Source: Thermovirgaceae bacterium (GTDB taxonomy: Bacteria > Synergistota > Synergistia > Synergistales > Thermovirgaceae). Taken from it: 10,308 bases of DNA. Positions 1-7,116 of this stretch are shown one piece after another. Below the pieces are notes generated by a model. It worked only from the letters and a program-made list of their open reading frames with translations. It was not told where the DNA came from and searched no databases. How positions within the stretch are numbered: the first letter of the stretch is position 1; each line of letters begins with the position of its first letter. The stretch covers positions 1-10,308 of the forward strand of contig JBKHBH010000080.1 of the NCBI GenBank assembly GCA_046542505.1. Reading direction: 5' to 3'. The position numbers and the translations under genes were made by a program.

Positions 1-23
1 CACGGTGAGCGGATTCGTTACCT

Positions 24-52
24 TTCACACCATGACGCAGTTCTGCTACAAT
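24..52 (+). promoter_or_regulatory. Sigma70-type promoter for the C-N hydrolase gene (extended -10)
   Basis: -35 TTCACA (24-29), 17-bp spacer, TG at 44-45 and -10 TACAAT (47-52). Predicted TSS is near 58-60. Confidence 0.7.
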
Positions 53-315
53 ACCCGTGCCGACGGCTCACCCTTTCCCACGAGAGTTTTTCCGGGAAAG
101 GGAGGCTTTCCGCTAGGCGGGCCTGACGTTCATCATAGGACCTGACATCCTTCCTTATTGGACCTGTTTTTGCGTCAAAAACCGACCTTGAACCGAAAAG
201 CGGCTTGAAAGAGGTACAGATGCCGTATCGGGAGAAGTGTCCCTTTTGGGTTCCGGGAGAATCGAAACGCCGGAGAAGATGTGCATTGCACCCAAGGCGG
301 GGAGGTGTGGCGTGT

Positions 316-1182
316 ATGAAGCAGCGGATCAACATAGGAATTATCCAGATGATTTCACTTGTGGGAAATGTGGAATTCAATACCGAAAAAGCCGCCGCCC
401 TTATCGAAAAAGCGGCCAAAGAAGGAGCGCATTTCGTGGTCCTTCCCGAACTTTTCGCCACGGGATACAACATGGAGGTTCTCGGGCGGGACATCATGGA
501 CCTCAGCGAAAGGTATTACGGGTATATTTACGATAAGATGTCCGAAGCCGCGAAATGGAACAAGGTCCATGTCGTCGCCCCCTTCGGTTCGAAACGGGAG
601 GAAATGGGCCCCGTCTATAACGCCGTCCAGATCTTTGATGACGAGGGAAAGGAAATAGGCAGGTACGAGAAAACCCATCTGTGGGACCTGGAGCACCTTT
701 ACTTTGCGGAAGGAACGGAATACCCAGTGTTCGAGACGAAATTCGGCAAAATCGGCATCCTCGTATGCTACGACATGGAATTTCCGGAAGCCGCAAGAGA
801 GCTGAGGCTCAAGGGCGCGGAAATCATCTTCGCCCCGGCGGCATGGACCTCGGAATTTGAACATGACTGGGATATGCAGTACATGAAACGGGCCCTTGAA
901 AACGGCCTTTTCGTCGTGGGTGTCAACAAGGCCGGCAACGAGGGCGGCATGAGGTTTCTGGGCAAGGGGAAAATCCATGATCACCTGGGGAATACCCTCC
1001 TTCAGCTTCCCGTCCTGGAGGAAGAGGTTGCCGTGGGAACGGTGAAGATCCCCCTGCGGGTTCCCGCCGCCGGCGTGCCGCTGGAGATGGAATTCCCCGC
1101 AGCCTCGGGCGGGGAGGCCTTTCGCCGGCCAAAACAGGAAGGGACGATGCACGAAAGGGTTCTTGAAGCCGATTCAGTATAG
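316..1182 (+). CDS. Carbon-nitrogen hydrolase (nitrilase superfamily amidohydrolase), 288 aa
   Basis: SD GGAGGT (301-306) precedes ATG316, and the N-terminus MKQRINIGIIQM is typical of the fold's first strand. The catalytic triad is E45 (VVLPELF), K119 (YEKTHL) and C151 (ILVCYDMEFPE), followed by GAEIIFAPAAW and RALENG motifs. The ORF-track start at 205 is probably too far upstream; an alternative ATG lies at 220. Confidence 0.93.
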   Translation: MKQRINIGIIQMISLVGNVEFNTEKAAALIEKAAKEGAHFVVLPELFATGYNMEVLGRDIMDLSERYYGYIYDKMSEAAKWNKVHVVAPFGSKREEMGPVYNAVQIFDDEGKEIGRYEKTHLWDLEHLYFAEGTEYPVFETKFGKIGILVCYDMEFPEAARELRLKGAEIIFAPAAWTSEFEHDWDMQYMKRALENGLFVVGVNKAGNEGGMRFLGKGKIHDHLGNTLLQLPVLEEEVAVGTVKIPLRVPAAGVPLEMEFPAASGGEAFRRPKQEGTMHERVLEADSV

Positions 1183-1201
1183 ATGACTGGGAAAGGGAAA
1201 G

Positions 1202-1240
1202 AAAAAACGCCATCCGCAACAGGCGCGGATGGCGTTTTTT
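1202..1240. terminator. Rho-independent terminator, potentially bidirectional
   Basis: Perfect 16-bp inverted repeat AAAAAACGCCATCCGC (1202-1217) / GCGGATGGCGTTTTTT (1225-1240) with a 7-nt loop. It has an A6 run on the left and a T6 run on the right, and starts about 20 nt after the TAG stop. Confidence 0.9.
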
Positions 1241-1333
1241 GCATCCTGCTTCCCTCGGCAGCACTGCCTTCTCTTCAGGATCTTCGCCCGGTGTAATTTC
1301 ATGCAATAGATCGTCCCGGATGTAAAATCCATA

Positions 1334-1363
1334 TTGACAATGCCCGTGCCGGCAGGGTAAGCT
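1334..1363 (+). promoter_or_regulatory. Sigma70-type promoter of the dipeptidase-ABC operon
   Basis: Consensus -35 TTGACA (1334-1339), 18-bp spacer and -10 TAAGCT (1358-1363), with relatively AT-rich sequence upstream. It lies ~75 nt before the GTG start. Confidence 0.65.
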
Positions 1364-1377
1364 TTGTGGCGCAGCAC

Positions 1378-1394
1378 GCTCATCAATGATGAAC
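1378..1394. promoter_or_regulatory. Candidate repressor operator (17-bp pseudo-palindrome)
   Basis: GCTCATCA-A-TGATGAAC, with a perfect core TCATCA-A-TGATGA (1380-1392), just downstream of the predicted TSS. Confidence 0.5.
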
Positions 1395-1437
1395 AGCGAT
1401 GGGCGTCCGGGCAAATCCGGCGAGGGGGTGAGGGGGC

Positions 1438-2463
1438 GTGAACGGCGAAGAAGCTGAAAGAATCCTTGAAGAAAGCGTCGTCGTGGATGCTCATTTCGAC
1501 CTGGCCATGGATCTTCAGGACAAGCGGGAACGCGGGCAGAAAGACACCCTCGGCCGCGAACACATTCCCGGATTCAGGCGGGGGAGAATGAACCTCGTGG
1601 TCTCCTCCATATTCCTTCACGACTGGTACCTCCCCGAAATGGCACTCCGCAAGGCCCTGACCCAAATCAGCATCCTGAAGCAGGAAATCCGGCGGCTTCG
1701 AGGGGAGGTCATGCTTGTAACCGACCGCGAAAGCCTGGAGGAGGCGTTAAAGAAGAACATTCCCGGGATCCTCATGTCCTTCGAAGGGGCTGAGCCCCTT
1801 GGGAATGACCTTGATCTTCTTTCTGTCTTCAGGGACCTGGGGGTACGCGGCATTGGCCTGGCCTGGAGCCGGAGAAACTACGTCGCTGACGGTTGCTTCT
1901 TCTCGAAGAAGAAGGAGGGCAAAAAGGGCGGGCTCACCGACTTCGGAGTCAGGGTCCTTGAAGAGGCCTCGAGGCTCGGGATGTTCGTCGACGTGAGCCA
2001 CCTCAATGACGAGGGGTTTTGGGACGTCATGGAGTTTTATGACGAGCCCCTCATCGCAAGTCATTCCAACTGCCGTGCCCTGGTGGACTCCCCCCGGAAT
2101 CTCACCGATGAGCAGATACAGGCCGTTGCCGAAAAGGGCGGGGTCATCGGCATGAACGCCTATGCAGCCTTTGTCGCTGAAGACTACAGGGCACGTCGTG
2201 CCGGCGTGGAAGATCTTCTGGATCATCTGGATCACGTTGTGGAACTCGTCGGCGTGAGCCATGCAGGTATAGGATTCGATTTCTGCTCCGGCTTCGAGGG
2301 CTTTTCCTCCTTCGGGTCGGGCGAAAAGGCATACGAGGTCCTTGGTGGTCACAAGGACATGGCGCTCTGGGTGAAGGGCCTTCTCGGGAGGGGATATGAC
2401 ACCAGGGAAATCGGCAGGATCCTCGGCGGAAATTTCCTGGATTTTTTCCGACAGGTTCTTTGA
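1438..2463 (+). CDS. Dipeptidase, peptidase family M19 (membrane/renal dipeptidase-like, amidohydrolase fold), 341 aa
   Basis: GTG start after a G-rich SD (GAGGGGG). Motifs VVDAHFD (HxD), SFEGAEP, GLTDFG, DVSHLND, ASHSN, RNLTDEQI, GGVIG, GIGFDF and ILGGNF are present. No signal peptide, so likely cytoplasmic. Confidence 0.95.
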   Translation: MNGEEAERILEESVVVDAHFDLAMDLQDKRERGQKDTLGREHIPGFRRGRMNLVVSSIFLHDWYLPEMALRKALTQISILKQEIRRLRGEVMLVTDRESLEEALKKNIPGILMSFEGAEPLGNDLDLLSVFRDLGVRGIGLAWSRRNYVADGCFFSKKKEGKKGGLTDFGVRVLEEASRLGMFVDVSHLNDEGFWDVMEFYDEPLIASHSNCRALVDSPRNLTDEQIQAVAEKGGVIGMNAYAAFVAEDYRARRAGVEDLLDHLDHVVELVGVSHAGIGFDFCSGFEGFSSFGSGEKAYEVLGGHKDMALWVKGLLGRGYDTREIGRILGGNFLDFFRQVL

Positions 2464-2474
2464 AAAAACGCAAG

Positions 2475-2501
2475 GACGGCGGCTCCTTTGGGCCCGTCGT
2501 C
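2475..2501 (+). other. Intercistronic stem-loop upstream of the SBP ribosome-binding site
   Basis: GACGGCGG (2475-2482) pairs with CCGTCGTC (2494-2501) with one G-U pair. No U-tract follows. Confidence 0.5.
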
Positions 2502-2519
2502 GCGAGAGGAGAGAAACCG

Positions 2520-4127
2520 ATGAAAAAGGGATCGAAAAAGGTTTTGAAGAGTTTGTGCGTGGCGGCGGTCCTTTTCGGCCTGCTTGCCGCAGCCGGCGGA
2601 GCCCTTGCCGGGGACAAGGTTTTGAAGATCGCCTATTCGTCAGATCCGAAAACCGCGGACTGCCAGAAGACGACGGAATGCTACACGCTCCCGCTGAACT
2701 GCTTCGACCGTCTGCTGGAATGCGTGACCCTGGAATCAGGCGAATCGAAGGTTGTTCCGGGCCTTGCCGAAAGCTGGGAGATTTCCGAAGACGGAAAGAC
2801 CTACACCTTTCATCTGCGTGAGGACGTCCTGTTTCACAACGGCGAGGAGCTTACCGCCGACGACGTGGTCTATACTTTCGACCGCATGCTTGACCCCGGG
2901 ACCAGGGCCCTAAATACGGATATCCTTGATTTCGTCGACGGAGCGAGGGCGCGCCTTGACGGAGAGACCGATTCCACCAGGGGCCTCGAGGCCGTTGACA
3001 GGTACACCGTCCGGATCCGGCTGCGCGAACCCTATGCCCCGTTTCTGGCTGTTTTGGCGAGCCCCCAGTCCAGCATCTTCAACCGGGAGTTCACCGAGGC
3101 TGCGGGGGAACAGTTCGGCCTGACGGCGGAGACCACCTGCGGGACGGGGCCCTTCATTCTTGATGAATACACACTGAACGACCGGCAGGTCCTCGTTGCG
3201 AACGACAATTACTTCCGTGGCCGCCCCTTGCTGGACCGGCTCGAAATCAAGGTCGTCGAGGATGCCGAGACCATGCGGATGCTTTTCGAGGCCGGCGAGA
3301 TCGATGTCTTCGACTGCGATTACGCGTTCTCGCAGATCCCCTATTTCATGAACCACCCCGAGTGGAAGGACCGCATGGTGAGCGGGCCTCGCGTGGGGAT
3401 CTACTACATCAGCCTGAACCAGAAGCTCGAGCCCTGGGATGACGTCAGGGTTCGCAAGGCCTTCCAGATGGCCATTGACAGGGAAATGATCCTGGAGAAG
3501 ATGTTCTACGGACGGGGGATCCTGGCGAACGGGATCATGCCCAAGGGCCTGGCGGGATACAACCCGGACCTCGAACCCCTGGAGCACGACCCCGAAAAGG
3601 CCAAAGAGCTTCTGGCCGAGGCGGGTTACCCTGACGGCGTGGATGTGACCATCGTCCAGGTAAGCAGCTGGAGCCAGAACTGGGTCACCATGAGCGAGAT
3701 CATCCAGGATATGGTCAAAGACGCGGGGTTCCGGGTGAACATCAAGCAGGTGGATGAGTCGACCTACTACGCCACAAGGAAAACGGGCGACGTGAATCCC
3801 TACATCCAGGTCTGGTCGGCCGACTTCAACGACCCCGACAACTTTTTCTACACCTTCTTCAGCCGCTCCGGCACGGTGGTCAGGTCCTTCAACAATGACG
3901 ACGAGGAAGTTTTCGAGGCCATCGAGGATGCCCGGAGCATCGCTGATCCCGATGAGCGCGTCGCCCTGTATCGCGACCTCGAAAAGAAGATAGTCCATGA
4001 ACAGGCCGCCTGGGTACCGCTTTTCACGCTGGACCATATCTACGTGGTGGGCGAAAAGGTCAAGGAATTCGTGGTCCCCTGGAACGGCTGGAGCGACATG
4101 TCCTATTACCATATGGACGTGGAATAG
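2520..4127 (+). CDS. dppA: Peptide/nickel ABC transporter substrate-binding protein (family 5, DppA/OppA-like), 535 aa
   Basis: SD AGAGGAG precedes ATG2520. Sec signal peptide MKKGSKK...AGGALA ends in an A-x-A cleavage site with no lipobox. Family-5 signatures PGLAESWEISEDGKTYTFHLREDVLFHNGEELTADDVVYTF, GTGPF, DVRVRKAFQMAIDRE and AKELLAEAGY are present. The symbol is family-level; the substrate is unknown. Confidence 0.95.
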   Translation: MKKGSKKVLKSLCVAAVLFGLLAAAGGALAGDKVLKIAYSSDPKTADCQKTTECYTLPLNCFDRLLECVTLESGESKVVPGLAESWEISEDGKTYTFHLREDVLFHNGEELTADDVVYTFDRMLDPGTRALNTDILDFVDGARARLDGETDSTRGLEAVDRYTVRIRLREPYAPFLAVLASPQSSIFNREFTEAAGEQFGLTAETTCGTGPFILDEYTLNDRQVLVANDNYFRGRPLLDRLEIKVVEDAETMRMLFEAGEIDVFDCDYAFSQIPYFMNHPEWKDRMVSGPRVGIYYISLNQKLEPWDDVRVRKAFQMAIDREMILEKMFYGRGILANGIMPKGLAGYNPDLEPLEHDPEKAKELLAEAGYPDGVDVTIVQVSSWSQNWVTMSEIIQDMVKDAGFRVNIKQVDESTYYATRKTGDVNPYIQVWSADFNDPDNFFYTFFSRSGTVVRSFNNDDEEVFEAIEDARSIADPDERVALYRDLEKKIVHEQAAWVPLFTLDHIYVVGEKVKEFVVPWNGWSDMSYYHMDVE

Positions 4128-4154
4128 TTTCTTTTTGCACGTCTTGTGAAAGCA

Positions 4155-4197
4155 ACCGGATCGGGGTCCCTTGACGGGAGGGGCCCCGATTGCCGGT
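4155..4197 (+). other. Strong GC-rich intercistronic stem-loop after the SBP gene (mRNA-stabilising or partial terminator)
   Basis: ACCGG-ATCGGGGTCCCT...AGGGGCCCCGAT-TG-CCGGT forms a long imperfect hairpin with no downstream U-tract. Confidence 0.7.
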
Positions 4198-4228
4198 GGA
4201 AGACCCTTCAACGTGAGGAGCCCCGCCG

Positions 4229-5167
4229 ATGTCAAGATACATACTGAAGCGAATCATCATTGCCGTTCCCGTTTTGCTGGGTGTCACCTTCCTGGTCTTT
4301 TTCCTGCTCAACGTGGTGCCGGGCGACCCGGTGGCGATCCTCATGAAGGAAAAGGCGAGCGCCGATGTCATCGCAAGGGTCAGGGAGCAGATGCACCTGG
4401 ACGACCCCTGGCTCGTCAGGTATCTGCGCTTCCTCTGGGGTGTCCTGCATGGGGATTTCGGGGTTTCATACAAGCTCCAGCGCCCGGTGACGGGTCTCAT
4501 CATGCAGGCTTTCCCCAAAACCCTTCTGCTCGCCCTATCGGCGGCTGTCTTTTCATGGGTTGTCGGCATTCCGGCGGGGATCCTTTCGGCAGTGAAGCAG
4601 TACTCTTTACCGGACTACTTTTTCATGGGCTTTTCCCTCACGGGAGTTTCGATGCCCATCTTCTGGTCAGCCCTCCTCTTCCAGTACGTTTTTGCCCTCA
4701 AGCTGGGATGGTTTCCCGTGGCAGGCTTCAACGGGTGGCAGTATGTCGTGCTTCCGGCTATCGTCCTGGGGTGGAGCTCAGCGGGGCTCATCGCTCGGCT
4801 CACCAGGTCGAGCCTTCTTGACGTGATGCGCAAGGACTACATCAGGACGGCCAGGGCGAAGGGCGTCCGGGGCCTCCATGTCATAACGGGACATGCTCTC
4901 AAGAACGCCCTTTTGCCCGTGGTGACCGTCATGGCCATCCAGGTGGCGAGCCTCCTGTCAGGTGCTGTGATCACCGAAAGCGTCTTCGGCATTCCCGGCC
5001 TGGGGCGGATTGCCGTGGATGCCATCAAGACCAGGGACATGCCTTTGCTGCAGGGGGCCGTCCTCTTTGCCACGACGCTTGTCATCCTGGGGAACCTGGC
5101 GGCGGACATCCTCTATTCCTTCCTGGATCCGAGGATTCGGTTCGAGAACGGACAGGCGAACAGATGA
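4229..5167 (+). CDS. dppB: Peptide ABC transporter permease (DppB/OppB-like), 312 aa
   Basis: SD GAGGAG. Motifs YILKRII, PGDPV, GDFGVSY, the EAA loop DYIRTARAKG, HALKNALLPV, ITESVFGIPGLG and the terminal DILYSFLDPRIR are present, with multiple TM segments. Confidence 0.96.
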   Translation: MSRYILKRIIIAVPVLLGVTFLVFFLLNVVPGDPVAILMKEKASADVIARVREQMHLDDPWLVRYLRFLWGVLHGDFGVSYKLQRPVTGLIMQAFPKTLLLALSAAVFSWVVGIPAGILSAVKQYSLPDYFFMGFSLTGVSMPIFWSALLFQYVFALKLGWFPVAGFNGWQYVVLPAIVLGWSSAGLIARLTRSSLLDVMRKDYIRTARAKGVRGLHVITGHALKNALLPVVTVMAIQVASLLSGAVITESVFGIPGLGRIAVDAIKTRDMPLLQGAVLFATTLVILGNLAADILYSFLDPRIRFENGQANR

Positions 5168-6108
5168 AGCGGCTCGGATCCATCTTTCTGAAAACAGGCA
5201 CGCAAGGGCCGGACAACGCGCCGGCCGATGCAGAGCCAGGCCCGGAAGGTTTTTTCGCTCCAGGAGGGGAAACCCTGTTCGGGGATATCCTGAGATCCTT
5301 CCGACAGAACAAAACGGCCCTCGTGGGGTTGTGTGCGGTTCTTGTCCTTGCCGTCCTTGCCGTGGCGGCCCCGGTGGTCACTCCCTGGGATCCCTACGAG
5401 ATGAACCTGGAAGAGCAGTTTTTCAGCCCCTCGACGGAGCATTGGTTCGGCACGGACAGGTTCGGCAGGGATCTTTTCACGCGCGTGATTTATGGGGCGA
5501 GGATCTCCCTTCTGGTGGGGCTTGTGCCGAGCTTTATCACCGTTTTTCTGGGCGGGCTTTTGGGCGTCCTCAGCGGCTATGTCGGAGGGCGAACGGATTT
5601 CTGGATCATGCGCCTGGCCGACGTGGTCATGGCCTTCCCCTCCCTGCTTCTGGCTTTGGTGGTTATGTATACTCTCGGGGCCTCGCTTTTCAATATCTTC
5701 ATCGCCCTGAGCCTGGTGGGGTGGGCCGGTGCGGCCCGTGTCGTCAGGTCCCAGGTGTTGTCCCTGAAAGAGATGGAATTTGTCGAGGCGGCAAGGGCAA
5801 TAGGGGTCAGGGATACGGTCATCATGGTGCGACACATCTTCCCGAACTGTCTCCCGGCCTTGATCGTGCTCTTTTCCCTTCGCATTCCCGAGGCCATCAT
5901 GTTCGAGGCGAGTCTGAGCTTTCTGGGTGTGGGGGCGCAGCCACCGACGCCCAGCTGGGGGCTTCTGGTCTCCAGGGGGAAGGAATTCCTCTTTTCGGCG
6001 CCCTGGGTGGCCATTCTGCCGGGCGTGGCGATCTTTGCGACCGTGTTGGCTTTCAATTTCATGGGTGACGGCTTCCGCGACGCCATCGACCCCTACATGA
6101 AGGAATGA
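5164..6108 (+). CDS. dppC: Peptide ABC transporter permease (DppC/OppC-like), 314 aa
   Basis: ATGA overlap with dppB. Motifs HWFGTDRFGRDLFTRVIYGARISL, EFVEAARAIG, RHIFPN, EASLSFLGVGAQPPTPSWG and FNFMGDGFRDAIDP are present. Confidence 0.96.
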   Translation: MKRLGSIFLKTGTQGPDNAPADAEPGPEGFFAPGGETLFGDILRSFRQNKTALVGLCAVLVLAVLAVAAPVVTPWDPYEMNLEEQFFSPSTEHWFGTDRFGRDLFTRVIYGARISLLVGLVPSFITVFLGGLLGVLSGYVGGRTDFWIMRLADVVMAFPSLLLALVVMYTLGASLFNIFIALSLVGWAGAARVVRSQVLSLKEMEFVEAARAIGVRDTVIMVRHIFPNCLPALIVLFSLRIPEAIMFEASLSFLGVGAQPPTPSWGLLVSRGKEFLFSAPWVAILPGVAIFATVLAFNFMGDGFRDAIDPYMKE

Positions 6109-6117
6109 TATCCACAG

Positions 6118-7116
6118 ATGAGACAGGACAGCCTTCTTGAGATCAAAAACCTCACCACCCGGTTTTTTACACGAAAGGGCGTGATCCGTGCCGTAAACGG
6201 CGTGGACCTTTCAGTACGGCCTGCGACCATCACAGGTCTTGTAGGCGAGTCGGGGTGCGGGAAGAGCGTGACGGCCCTTTCGGTCATGGGGCTCGTTCCC
6301 TTTCCGCCGGGCCGTGTCACCGGAGGCGGCATCCTTTTCGAAGGGGAGGACCTTCTCGGAAAGAGCCCCGAAGAGATGGCGGAGATCAGAGGCAGGGACA
6401 TATCAATGATCTTCCAGGAACCCATGACGTCATTGAACCCGGTGCTGCCTGTAGGGCGGCAGGTTGCAGAACCCCTCAGGCTTCACACGGGGTTCACTCG
6501 GCAAAAAATCCGGAAAAAGGTCATCGAGATGCTCGACCTGGTGGGGATCCCCGACCCCCAAAAGAGGCTTTGGGCCTTTGCCCACCAGCTTTCGGGAGGA
6601 TTGCGGCAACGGGTAATGATTGCCATGGCCATGATCTGCGAGCCGAAGCTTTTGATCGCAGACGAGCCCACGACGGCCCTGGACGTCACCATCCAGGCCC
6701 AGATCCTGGATCTCATGAAGAGCCTGATAAAACGGCTCGACACGTCCATCATCCTGATCACCCACGATCTGGGTGTCGTGGCAGAGGTCTGTGACGATGT
6801 CTACGTCATGTACGCCGGAAAGGTTGTGGAGCAGGGGAGCGTCTTCGACATCTTCGACAATCCCGTCCACCCTTATACCCGGGGGCTTTTGAGGTCGATA
6901 CCGCGGATCGACGAAACACCAGGCAAGCGGAAGCTTCACACCATCGAGGGAACGGTCCCGTCTTTGTCGGAAGAATTGCGCGGGTGCCCCTTCGCTCCTC
7001 GATGTGACAAGGCGCGTTCCTATTGCCATGAACAGGAGCCGCCCATGGTACCCCTCGGCGGAGGGCATTCCGCGAGATGCCTTTTGGCCGGTGAAAGGCG
7101 AAAGACCTGTGACTGA
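6118..7116 (+). CDS. dppD: Peptide ABC transporter ATP-binding protein (DppD/OppD-like), 332 aa
   Basis: Walker [10 protein letters not shown]-loop [11 protein letters not shown], signature LSGGLRQR, Walker [14 protein letters not shown]-loop ITHDLGVV and a C-terminal HPYT domain with a 4-Cys motif. Confidence 0.97.
   Translation: MRQDSLLEIKNLTTRFFTRKGVIRAVNGVDLSVRPATITGLVGESGCGKSVTALSVMGLVPFPPGRVTGGGILFEGEDLLGKSPEEMAEIRGRDISMIFQEPMTSLNPVLPVGRQVAEPLRLHTGFTRQKIRKKVIEMLDLVGIPDPQKRLWAFAHQLSGGLRQRVMIAMAMICEPKLLIADEPTTALDVTIQAQILDLMKSLIKRLDTSIILITHDLGVVAEVCDDVYVMYAGKVVEQGSVFDIFDNPVHPYTRGLLRSIPRIDETPGKRKLHTIEGTVPSLSEELRGCPFAPRCDKARSYCHEQEPPMVPLGGGHSARCLLAGERRKTCD

Noticed and set aside
150..200. 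Minus-strand GACGCAAA resembling the c-di-GMP-I riboswitch core
   Set aside because: The upstream GGCAAA/GNRA P2 stem is missing and the orientation is opposite to the adjacent gene.
229..300. GGAGA...CGCCGGAGAAG resembling a glycine riboswitch aptamer
   Set aside because: It lacks the conserved CCGAAG and CUCUCAGG/UUUCAGG elements and a tandem architecture.
1137..1182. SD-like GGAAGGGA + ATG giving MHERVLEADSV, similar to the dipeptidase N-terminus (AERILEESV)
   Set aside because: The match is too short to distinguish from chance, and no further dipeptidase-like sequence follows the stop.
2460..2519. ORF-track TTG start extending the SBP by 20 aa
   Set aside because: ATG2520 has a clear SD and gives a canonical signal peptide. 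The extension spans the intercistronic hairpin.
2461..2523. UGA stop of the dipeptidase followed closely by a hairpin, resembling a SECIS/selenocysteine readthrough signal
   Set aside because: The M19 domain is already complete at GGNFLDFFRQVL. Readthrough would add only about 20 low-information residues before another TGA, with no redox motif context.
2910..4235. 441-aa minus-strand ORF and other long antisense or alternate-frame ORFs (355-1152, 1747-2352, 5010-6068, 5113-5835, 6430-7392, 6806-7774)
   Set aside because: They overlap well-supported genes. Long stop-free shadow frames are expected with GC-rich codon usage, and none shows a domain signature.
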